Assembly (NCBI GenBank): GCA_046347635.1
Contig: JAXMFT010000008.1
Span: 158,619 to 222,618 of the forward strand
Length of the DNA stretch: 64,000 bases
Source: Burkholderiales bacterium
GTDB taxonomy: Bacteria; Pseudomonadota; Gammaproteobacteria; Burkholderiales; SG8-39
Reading direction: 5' to 3'
This document shows positions 56,630 to 64,000 of the stretch, in pieces (positions within the stretch are counted from its first letter, which is position 1; each line of letters begins with the position of its first letter). The notes under the pieces are model-generated. The model had not been told where the DNA came from, did no database searches, and saw only the letters and a program-made list of their open reading frames with translations. The translations under genes were made by a program, and so were the position numbers.

Positions 56630-57595
56630 ATGACCCGATTCCTCGCCACGCTCTGCGCCTGTTTCCTCGGCCTCCTGTCCTGGTGCGCCGCGGCCCAGCC
56701 CTACCCGGTGAAGCCGGTCCGCGTGATCGTCGCGTTCGCGCCCGGCACCACGTCGGACATCGTCGGCCGCCTCGTCTCCGAGCGGCTCGCGCAGTCCATG
56801 GGCCAGCCGTTCGTGGTCGAGAACCGCACCGGCGCCGGCGGCACGATCGGCGCCGAGTTCGTGGCGAAGTCGCCGCCCGACGGCTACACGCTGCTCGTGT
56901 CGACCGCGGCGCTGCCGGTGAGCGCGTGGGTGTTCCAGAACCTCAAGTACGACACCGGGAAGGACTTCGCGTCGATCACCGTGATGACGCTGTCGCCGCT
57001 CGCGCTGGCGGCGAACCTGCAGTTCCCGCCGCGGACCGTCGCGGAGCTGATCGACTACGCGAAGGCGAACCCGGGCAAGGTGAGCTTCGGCTCGGCCGGC
57101 GTCGGCACCTCGCACCACCTCACCGGCGAGAAGTTCAAGATCGACACCGGCATCGACATGCAGCACGTGCCCTACAAGGGCTCCGGTCCCGCGCACGTCG
57201 ACCTGATGGGCGGCCAGATCCAGATCATGTTCGACAACATCGTCGCGCTGATGCCGCACTTCAAGGCGGGCAAGCTGCGCCCGCTCGCCGTGTCGAGCGC
57301 GCGGCGCCACCCGCTGCTCCCGGAGGTGCCCTCGATCGCCGAGGCGGGCGTGCGCGACTTCGAGGCGGTGGCCTGGTTCGGCTTCGTCGCGCCTGCCGGC
57401 ACGCCGCCGGACGTCGTCGCGCGCCTGAACGCCGAGATCGTCAAGGCGCTCGCGATCCCCGAGGTGCGCCAGCGGCTGCTCGATGCGGGCTCGGAGATCG
57501 TCGGCATGACCCCCGAGGCCGCCGACCGCCACCTGCAGCGCGAGCTCGCGAAATGGGGCGCGGTGGTGAAAGCGGCGAACGTGAAGGCGAACTGA
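56630..57595 (+). CDS. Bug/TctC-family tripartite tricarboxylate transporter substrate-binding protein
   Basis: ATG 56630, 321 aa. Signal peptide then …YPVKPVRVIVAFAPGTTSDIVGR…ENRTGAGGTIG… is the Bug family signature. Confidence 0.85.
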   Translation: MTRFLATLCACFLGLLSWCAAAQPYPVKPVRVIVAFAPGTTSDIVGRLVSERLAQSMGQPFVVENRTGAGGTIGAEFVAKSPPDGYTLLVSTAALPVSAWVFQNLKYDTGKDFASITVMTLSPLALAANLQFPPRTVAELIDYAKANPGKVSFGSAGVGTSHHLTGEKFKIDTGIDMQHVPYKGSGPAHVDLMGGQIQIMFDNIVALMPHFKAGKLRPLAVSSARRHPLLPEVPSIAEAGVRDFEAVAWFGFVAPAGTPPDVVARLNAEIVKALAIPEVRQRLLDAGSEIVGMTPEAADRHLQRELAKWGAVVKAANVKAN

Positions 57596-57624
57596 CGCGC
57601 GGCGCCGCGCCGGCGCCGCGCGGC

Positions 57625-58035
57625 TCAGGGACGCCGGTCGCCGCCGGCCCCCGCGTCGCGGGAGGCCGAGTAGAGACTCCCGGACGGATCGCCCGGCCGG
57701 CCGCCGCCGTAGGCGCCGCGCGGCGATCCGGCGCCGCTCGACAACGCCCCTGCCGCGGTCGGCCCGCCCGAGAGGGCGGAGCCGCCGCCGCTGCTGCCCG
57801 CCAGCGCGGAGCCGCTGCCGCGCGTGGCGAGCGGCGAGGCGGGGGACCGCAGCGAGACGCGCGGGGCGGCCGGCGCGATGTCGTCGGTCGCGAGCCGACC
57901 GCGGACGCCATCGGAGCAGCGCACGCCGACGGCACCCGACTCCGACACGTCGCGCACGCAGCGCGCCGAGGCGGGGAGGGCGACGAGCGTTCCCGCCACG
58001 AGGGCGAGCAGCGCGAGCAGGGTCGTCCGGTTCAT
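57625..58035 (-). CDS. Secreted Gly/Ser/Ala-rich hypothetical protein
   Basis: ATG 58035. Signal peptide MNRTTLLALLALVAGTLVALPASA, two Cys, low-complexity G/S/A tail. High GC3 is consistent with coding. Confidence 0.4.
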   Translation of the reverse strand: MNRTTLLALLALVAGTLVALPASARCVRDVSESGAVGVRCSDGVRGRLATDDIAPAAPRVSLRSPASPLATRGSGSALAGSSGGGSALSGGPTAAGALSSGAGSPRGAYGGGRPGDPSGSLYSASRDAGAGGDRRP

Positions 58036-58141
58036 CGGCTCGGTTCGCGCGGGCATGAGGCGGTCAGTATGGCACGCGCCCCGCAGCGGGCCGGCGCCGC
58101 GCCGGCCCGGCGCGTGAACTTTCCCGCAGACGGCGCGCGGC

Positions 58142-59190
58142 TCAGAGGATGCGGCCGAACCAGAGCATCGACAGCGTCGCGGCCACGAGCGCGACGGCGG
58201 CGGCCGCGGCCGCGAAGAGGGCGGTGATCTCCATCTCCTTCTTCTCGAACACGATGCGCGCGTTGAGCGTCTCGTAGGCCTTGGCGAGATCGGCCGCGCT
58301 GCCGGCGCGGAAGTACTCGCCGCGGGTGAGGTTCGCGACCGCCTTGAGCGCCTCCTCGTCCAGGCGCGCCCGGAACGACCAGCCCTCGAAGCTCAGCACT
58401 TCGCCCGCCGGGGTCCCGAAGCCGACGGTGAAGACGCGCACGCCCCGGTCGGCCGCCAGCTTCGCCGCCTGCATCGTGTCGGGGCCGGCGGTGCGCTGGC
58501 CGTCGGTGAGCAGGATGATGGCCGCGCCCTCGTGCGAGCCGGGCGGCACCGGCGTGAACTCCTTCGCCGCCTCCTTGCGGCCCGGACCGCCCGGCAGCGG
58601 CACGGGGCGCGGGGCGTTGCGTCCCGCCCCGGGCTCGATCACCTCGATGCCCTGGTTCGGGAAGATCGTGGCGAGCGCGACGATGATCCCGCTGCCGGTC
58701 GCGGTGCCGCGCTGGAGCTGGAAGCGGTCGATCGCGGCGATGACGTCCTCGCGCGCCTGCGTGGGCTGCTGCACGACCGCCGCGGTGCCGGCGAAGGCGA
58801 CGACGCCGACGCGCACGCTCGGCGGCAGCCCCGCCACGAACGTCCTCGCCGCCGCCTGCATCGCGGCGAGGCGCGTTGGCGCGATGTCCTTCGCGCGCAT
58901 GCTGCCGGACACGTCCATCGCCAGGATGATCGTCTCCTGCTTGGTCGGCAGCATCACGATCGCGGCGGGCCGCGCGATCGCGGCCAGCATCAGCGTCAGC
59001 GCCACGGCGAAGAGCGCGGGCGGCACGTGCCGGCGCAGCCGCGGGGCGGCGCCCAGCGCCTCCCTGACCAGGCCCAGGTCGCGTAGCGCGCGAACGAGCG
59101 CTTGCGCCGGCGCAGCAGCCAGACGTACGCCGCCACCGCCACCGGGACCGCGGCGAGGAGCCAGAGCAGCCCCGGCCACAGGAAGGTCAT
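58142..59190 (-). pseudogene. VWA domain membrane protein (BatA-like), apparent -1 frameshift ~59078
   Basis: ATG 59190 (ATGA overlap with the DUF58 stop) gives MTFLWPGLLWLLAAVPVAVAAYVWLLRRRKRSFARYA. The expected continuation LGLVREALGAAPRLRRHVPP…ILAMDVSGSM (MIDAS) is in the next frame and runs to stop 58142. Confidence 0.75.
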
Positions 59191-60122
59191 GCGGCGCCTT
59201 CGAGATGCCGCGGCAGGGCGCCACCGCCGGCGAGCCGGCTGCGGCTCCGGCGCAGGTCGGCGAAGCGCAGGATCGCCGCGACGAGGTTCTCGTCGGTGGC
59301 GAGCTCGAGGGCGTCGACGCCGGCGTCGCGGAACGCGGCGCGCAGCGTGCGCTCGCGCAGCTCGGCGGCGGCGGCGAAGCGCCGGCGGAAGCCCGCGTCG
59401 TGCGTGTCCACGAACAGCTGCTCGCCGGTCTCGGCGTCCTGGACGACCACCAGCCCCAGGTCGGGCAGCGCCATCTCGAGCGGGTCGTAGAGGCGCACCG
59501 CGACCACCTCGTGGCGCTGCGCGAGGTGCGCGAGCGGCGCCGCCCAGCCCGGCGCGCTGATGAAGTCCGAGACGATGAACACGAGCGAGCGTCGCGGCAG
59601 CGCCTGGAACGCGGTCTCCAGGAACTCGCGCAGGTTGGTCTCCTTCGACCGTGCGCGCGACGGGTGCTCGATCATGCGATGGAGGAGATGGAGCACGTGC
59701 CGCCGCCCGGCGCGCGCCGGGATCACCGCCTCGACCCGGTCGCCGTAGAGCATCGCGCCCACGCGGTTGCCGTGGCGGCCGAGCAGGCGCGCGAGGACGG
59801 TGACGAACTCGGTCGCGACCGTGCGCTTCTTCGCGTGCGAGCCGAAGTCGACCGATGGGCTGAGGTCGAGCAGGAACCAGCCGGTGACCTCGCGGTCCTC
59901 GTTGAACTCGCGCACGTACGGCGTCTGCAGCCGCGCGGTCACGTTCCAGTCGATGTGGCGGACGTCGTCCTGGTACTGGTACTCGCGGATGTCGGCGAGG
60001 TCGAGGCCGAACCCGCGGAACAGCGTGCGGTAGTTCCCGTGCACCGCCCCGTCGAGGCGGCGGATGACGGTCCACTCGAGCCGGCGCAGGACCTGCTCAG
60101 GATCCCGCAGCGACGCGGACAT
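59187..60122 (-). CDS. DUF58 domain-containing protein (MoxR-associated)
   Basis: 311 aa. …LRRLEWTVIRRLDGAVHGNYRTLFRGFGLDLADIREYQYQDDVRHIDW… is the DUF58 signature. Confidence 0.8.
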   Translation of the reverse strand: MSASLRDPEQVLRRLEWTVIRRLDGAVHGNYRTLFRGFGLDLADIREYQYQDDVRHIDWNVTARLQTPYVREFNEDREVTGWFLLDLSPSVDFGSHAKKRTVATEFVTVLARLLGRHGNRVGAMLYGDRVEAVIPARAGRRHVLHLLHRMIEHPSRARSKETNLREFLETAFQALPRRSLVFIVSDFISAPGWAAPLAHLAQRHEVVAVRLYDPLEMALPDLGLVVVQDAETGEQLFVDTHDAGFRRRFAAAAELRERTLRAAFRDAGVDALELATDENLVAAILRFADLRRSRSRLAGGGALPRHLEGAA

Positions 60123-61119
60123 GCGCCTCCAGCGGCTTGTCGGGGGCCGGGATCTTCTTCATCACCTCGCGTATCAGGTCGTCGGCGGTCTTGCCTTCGG
60201 CGAGCGCCTGGTAGGTGAGCACGAGGCGGTGGCGGAAGACGTCGGGCACGAGGTCGGTCACGTCCTCGGGCAGCACGTAGGTGCGGCCGCGCAGATAGGC
60301 GAGCGCCTTTGCGGCCTCGATCGCGTGGATCGGCGCGCGCGGGCTGGCGCCGAAGGACAGGAACTTCGCGAGCCCCGCCAGGCCGAAGCGGTCGGGAAAG
60401 CGCGTCGCCGCGGCGAGCCGCACCACGTACTGCATCAGCGCCGGGTCCACGTAGCTGCGGCGACAGTCGCGCTGGAGCGCGCCGAGCTGCTCGGTGGTGG
60501 CCACCGCGGCGACGTCCGGCTCGGCCACGCCGGTGACGCGGTCGACGATGACGAACTCCTCCTCCTCGCTCGGGTAGCCGACCAGCACCTTCATCATGAA
60601 GCGATCCACCTGCGCCTCGGGCAGGGGGTAGGTGCCCTCGGTCTCGATCGGGTTCTGCGTCGCCATCGCGAGGAACGGCGCGGGCACCCGGTGGGTCTCG
60701 CCCGCGATCGTGACCTGGTACTCCTGCATGACCTCGAGCAGCGCGCTCTGCACCTTGGCCGGCGCGCGGTTGATCTCGTCGGCGAGCAGCAGGTTGGTGA
60801 ACACCGGGCCGAGCGCGGTGGCGAAGTCGCCGGTCTTCTGGTTGTAGATGCGCGTGCCGACCAGGTCGGCGGGCACGAGGTCGGGCGTGAACTGGATGCG
60901 CTTGAACGTCCCGCGGATGGTCCGCGCGAGCGTCTTGACGGTGAGCGTCTTCGCGAGCCCCGGCACGCCCTCGACGAGCAGGTGGCCCTGCGCGAGGATC
61001 GCCACCAGCACGCGCTCGAGGAAGTGGTCCTGCCCCACCACCACCTTCTTCACCTCGTACAGGATGCGTTCCATCAGCGGCGCCATCTCGGCGCGCCCGG
61101 CGTCGGTCAGGTTTTCCAT
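60097..61119 (-). CDS. MoxR-family AAA+ ATPase
   Basis: 340 aa. Walker A GVPGLAKT, Walker B LLADEINRA. Typical MoxR sequence throughout. Confidence 0.9.
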   Translation of the reverse strand: MENLTDAGRAEMAPLMERILYEVKKVVVGQDHFLERVLVAILAQGHLLVEGVPGLAKTLTVKTLARTIRGTFKRIQFTPDLVPADLVGTRIYNQKTGDFATALGPVFTNLLLADEINRAPAKVQSALLEVMQEYQVTIAGETHRVPAPFLAMATQNPIETEGTYPLPEAQVDRFMMKVLVGYPSEEEEFVIVDRVTGVAEPDVAAVATTEQLGALQRDCRRSYVDPALMQYVVRLAAATRFPDRFGLAGLAKFLSFGASPRAPIHAIEAAKALAYLRGRTYVLPEDVTDLVPDVFRHRLVLTYQALAEGKTADDLIREVMKKIPAPDKPLEAHVRVAAGS

Positions 61120-61143
61120 GCGCGTGTCCCGGTTCCTCGTGGG

Positions 61144-62046
61144 TCAGAAGGGGTGCATTCCGGCGGCGGACGCCGCGTTCTCGATCGGCACCGCGAAACC
61201 GATGCCGATGAACACGCGGCTCTCCGTCGGGTTCAGGATGGCGGTGACGATGCCCACCACCTCGCCCTCGGCGGTGACGAGCGGCCCGCCCGAGCTGCCG
61301 GGGTTCGCCGCCGCGTCGAACTGGATGAGGTTCGTCAGCACGCGCTTGCCCTCGGGCGAGCGGAACTCGCGCTTGAGCCCGGACACCACGCCGGCCGACA
61401 CCGACGGCCCGATGCCGAACGGAAAGCCGACCGCGACGACGCGGTCGCCGGGCGCGAGGTCGCCGGTGGAGCGCATCGTGGCGGCCGCGAGGTCGTCCGG
61501 GATCTGCCGCGCCTGCAGCACGGCGAGGTCGTGCTCGGGGTGCAGGCCGACGACGTCGGCCTCGGCCTCCATGCCGTCGAAGAACGTGACCTTGATCCGC
61601 TTCGCGCCGGCCACGACGTGGAGGTTGGTGAGGATCACCCCCTTGTCGACGATCACCACCCCGCTGCCGATGCCCTGCTCGATCTCCTCGCCGCCGATCT
61701 CGTCCAGCGTCAGGCCCTGGACCCGCACCACCGACGGCCGGACGATCTCCGCGGCCTTCGCCGCCGGGGAGGGCAGCGGCTTGGTCTCCAGCGTGTGCAG
61801 CACCGCCGCGTCGATGTCCTTCTGCGTCAGCTCGCGCGGGGGCGCGACGCGGCCGTGGTACAGCCCGAGCACGAGCGCCGCGAGCAGCGCGCCGATCGTC
61901 AGGAGGAGGATGCGGTCGTGCCGGGCGAGCAGCGCGCGCACGCGCGCGGCGGACGGCCGCGGGGGCGCCGGGGCGGCCGCGTCCGGCGCCGGTGCGGGCG
62001 GGGCCGGAGGGCGCTCGGAGCGGCTGTAAAGCGCGGCTTTCCTCAT
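61144..62046 (-). CDS. Membrane-anchored trypsin-like (S1C) serine protease without PDZ domain
   Basis: 300 aa with one N-terminal TM helix. Catalytic triad contexts TNLHVV, HDLAVL and NPGSSGGPL. Confidence 0.8.
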   Translation of the reverse strand: MRKAALYSRSERPPAPPAPAPDAAAPAPPRPSAARVRALLARHDRILLLTIGALLAALVLGLYHGRVAPPRELTQKDIDAAVLHTLETKPLPSPAAKAAEIVRPSVVRVQGLTLDEIGGEEIEQGIGSGVVIVDKGVILTNLHVVAGAKRIKVTFFDGMEAEADVVGLHPEHDLAVLQARQIPDDLAAATMRSTGDLAPGDRVVAVGFPFGIGPSVSAGVVSGLKREFRSPEGKRVLTNLIQFDAAANPGSSGGPLVTAEGEVVGIVTAILNPTESRVFIGIGFAVPIENAASAAGMHPF

Positions 62047-62078
62047 GCCGGCAACGGTAGCACGATGCGCGCGGCCGG

Positions 62079-63005
62079 TCAGTCCGTCCCGTCCCCCTTC
62101 GCCTCGGCGAGCGGCGCCACCGGCAGATCGAGGCCGCGCACGGCCGCGGCGATGCGGTGCACCGCCGCCGCGCGCGCGTAGCCGGCGCGCCAGGCGATCA
62201 CCACGCGGCGCTGCGGGCGCGGGGAGACGAAGTCGATCACCTTGACGAGCGGCGTCGCGTAGCGCCGGGTGAGCGCGGTCGCCGGAAGCACGGTGATGCC
62301 CAGGCCGGAGGCGACCATGCTGCGCAGCGTCTCCAGCGAGTTGCCCTGGCGGCCGGGCGGCGGCGGGCGCGCGAACTCGCGGCAGGTGTCGAGCACCTGG
62401 TCGCGCAGGCAGTGGCCGACCGGGAGCAGGAGGAGCTCGTCGGTGTCCAGCGCCGACGGCTCGATCGCCTTTTTGCGCGCGAGGCGGTGCCCGGCCGGGA
62501 CGACGACGCGGAACGTCTCGTCGAAGAGCGGCCGGACTTCGATGCCGGGCGCCTCGTAGGGCAGGGCGAGGATCGCCGCGTCGATCTCCCCGGCGCGCAG
62601 CATCCGGTCGAGGTTCGCGGTCGTGTTCTCCTCGACGTCGAGCGGCATCGCGGGCGCACGGTGGCGCAGCGCCGCGACCAGCGGCGGCAGCAGGTACGGC
62701 GCGACCGTGTGAATGACGCCGAGACGGAACACGCCCTTCAGCGGGTCGGATCGCTGCCGGGCGACCGCCTTGACGCGCGCGGTCTCCTCCAGCACGCGGC
62801 GGACCTGGGCGACGACCTCGGCGCCGGTCGGGGTGACGAGCACCCCGCGCGGGCCGCGCTCGAACAGGCGCACGCCGAGCTCCTCCTCCACGTTGCGGAT
62901 CGCCGCCGACAGGCTGGGCTGGCTGACGAACGCGCGCGCGGCGGCGCGGCCGAAGTGGCGCTCCTCGGCGAGCGCCACCAGGTACTTCATCTCGGTGAGC
63001 GTCAC
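62079..63005 (-). CDS. oxyR: Hydrogen peroxide-sensing LysR-family regulator OxyR
   Basis: 308 aa. [36 protein letters not shown]. Redox cysteines in [12 protein letters not shown] (9-residue spacing, as for C199/C208). Confidence 0.9.
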   Translation of the reverse strand: MTLTEMKYLVALAEERHFGRAAARAFVSQPSLSAAIRNVEEELGVRLFERGPRGVLVTPTGAEVVAQVRRVLEETARVKAVARQRSDPLKGVFRLGVIHTVAPYLLPPLVAALRHRAPAMPLDVEENTTANLDRMLRAGEIDAAILALPYEAPGIEVRPLFDETFRVVVPAGHRLARKKAIEPSALDTDELLLLPVGHCLRDQVLDTCREFARPPPPGRQGNSLETLRSMVASGLGITVLPATALTRRYATPLVKVIDFVSPRPQRRVVIAWRAGYARAAAVHRIAAAVRGLDLPVAPLAEAKGDGTD

Positions 63006-63015
63006 GGGCGGCTCC

Positions 63016-63052
63016 GATAGGTTGTGCCTATCGCAAGGATACCAATTGGGTA
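63016..63052. promoter_or_regulatory. OxyR-type operator (four tetranucleotides spaced by 7 nt)
   Basis: ATAG-gttgtgc-CTAT-cgcaagg-ATAC-caattgg-GTAT in the oxyR/prx-grx divergent intergenic region. This matches the ATAG-N7-CTAT-N7-ATAG-N7-CTAT architecture. Confidence 0.6.
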
Positions 63053-63106
63053 TTGGCCCGTGCGCGCCGCGTCCGGTACAGTCGGACGCATCGAATCCTC
63101 AACCTC

Positions 63107-63856
63107 ATGGAGCATGCGATGCTGAAGAGCCGCGAAGGCAAGCAGGTACCCCAGGTGTCGTTCCGCACCCGCGCGGGCGGGGAGTGGAAGACGGTGACGA
63201 CCGACGAGATCTTCAAGGGCCGCACGGTGGTGGTGTTCTCGCTGCCGGGTGCGTTCACGCCCACCTGCTCGTCCACGCATCTGCCGCGCTACAACGAGCT
63301 CGCGCCGGCGTTCCGCGCCAACGGCGTGGACGAGATCGTGTGCGTGTCGGTCAACGACGCGTTCGTGATGGACGAGTGGGCCAAGGACCAGGAGGCGAGC
63401 AACGTGCGCCTGCTCCCCGACGGGAACGGCGAGTTCACCGACGCGATGGGCATGCTGGTGGACAAGTCCGACCTCGGCTTCGGCAAGCGCTCGTGGCGCT
63501 ACTCGATGCTGGTGCGCGACGGCGTGATCGCGAAGATGTTCATCGAGCCGGAGAAGCCCGGCGACCCGTTCGAGGTGTCGGACGCGGACACGATGCTCGC
63601 CTACATCAACCCGCAGGCGAAGAAGCCCGACCAGGTCGCGATCCTGACGCGCGCCGGCTGCGGTTACTGCGCGAAGGCGAAGGCGCTGCTCGGCCAGCTC
63701 GGTTACGACTACGTCGAGGTGCCGCTCGACCACAACGCGCGCTCGCGCGTGGTGGGTGCGATCGCGGGCGCGCAGACCGTGCCGCAGGTGTTCGTGAACG
63801 GCGCCCGGATCGGCGGCTGGGACGAGCTGCAGCGCTGGGCGAAGAAAGCGGCCTGA
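63107..63856 (+). CDS. Peroxiredoxin (Prx5-type)-glutaredoxin hybrid protein
   Basis: ATG 63107 (alternative 63119), 249 aa. Peroxidatic Cys in [10 protein letters not shown]-terminal Grx domain with CGYC and [12 protein letters not shown]. Confidence 0.9.
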   Translation: MEHAMLKSREGKQVPQVSFRTRAGGEWKTVTTDEIFKGRTVVVFSLPGAFTPTCSSTHLPRYNELAPAFRANGVDEIVCVSVNDAFVMDEWAKDQEASNVRLLPDGNGEFTDAMGMLVDKSDLGFGKRSWRYSMLVRDGVIAKMFIEPEKPGDPFEVSDADTMLAYINPQAKKPDQVAILTRAGCGYCAKAKALLGQLGYDYVEVPLDHNARSRVVGAIAGAQTVPQVFVNGARIGGWDELQRWAKKAA

Positions 63857-63868
63857 CGCGGCCGCGGG

Positions 63869-64000
63869 TCAGTCGCGGAACCCGAGGCCGAGGGTCGCGA
63901 GACGCTCGATCTCGGCGCCCGCGAAACCCCAGTCCGCGAGCGCGGCGCGGCCCCTGCGCCGCGCTCCGGCGGCGCGCGGCGCACCGCGCCGGGCGTGCGC
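63869..64000 (-). CDS. 3' end of an unidentified gene running off the window
   Basis: The minus strand reads …ARRRGRAALADWGFAGAEIERLATLGLGFRD then stop (63869-63871). Too short to assign. Confidence 0.3.
   Translation of the reverse strand, partial: AHARRGAPRAAGARRRGRAALADWGFAGAEIERLATLGLGFRD

Noticed and set aside
54800-57532. 910-aa ORF on the minus strand
   Set aside because: It is out of frame with the TPP enzyme and antisense to the TctC gene, with Arg/Gly-rich low-complexity translation.
63709-63984. 91-aa minus-strand ORF at the window end
   Set aside because: It overlaps the 3' end of the Prx-Grx gene in antisense and is Arg/Pro/Ser-rich. A different minus-strand frame (stop 63869-63871) gives a more protein-like C-terminus and is reported instead, at low confidence.

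Overview
This is a very GC-rich 64-kb chromosomal segment. Its gene content looks like a Burkholderiales-type betaproteobacterium (Bug/TctC binding protein, narK-narGHJI-ppiC, FtrBCD iron uptake); that placement is an inference from gene families only. I can support about 66 protein-coding genes. I found no rRNA or tRNA genes, no CRISPR array, and no transposase, integrase or phage genes. Main blocks, in order: ftrB'-ftrC-ftrD; GH15 glucoamylase; two AhpD-like genes; bkdA1-A2-B; zwf; a PepSY/cytochrome b561/OmpR-type two-component cluster; sorAB sulfite dehydrogenase divergent from a sigma-54 (NtrC-type) two-component system; narK-narGHJI-ppiC-tehA-like; a PaaK-like ligase facing a Liv-type ABC transporter; phaC, a DksA-like gene, rnk and a phasin-like gene; sdhC-sdhD-sdhB with no sdhA; a LysR gene divergent from an Rnk-like/EF-G-domain-V-like pair; nnrS; two-subunit aconitase X; LOG, pirin, RidA, a TPP enzyme and TctC; a protease-MoxR-DUF58-VWA operon; oxyR divergent from a Prx-Grx hybrid. 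The most interesting observations are: (1) an overlapping gene pair joining a Gre/Rnk fold to a stand-alone EF-G C-terminal-like domain; (2) an intact sdhCDB cluster with no room for sdhA; (3) a perfect sigma-54 -24/-12 element upstream of sorAB, next to the NtrC-type system and a relic of a 3-hydroxybutyrate dehydrogenase gene; (4) a GCTAGCAT-containing promoter-like motif shared by phaC, the phasin-like gene and the PaaK-like gene; (5) nine apparent +/-1 indels in six conserved genes, three of them as compensated pairs about 95-125 nt apart. These indels are either clustered sequence errors or recent pseudogenisation. Many long ORFs in the six-frame track are stop-free artefacts of the GC content and are rejected.
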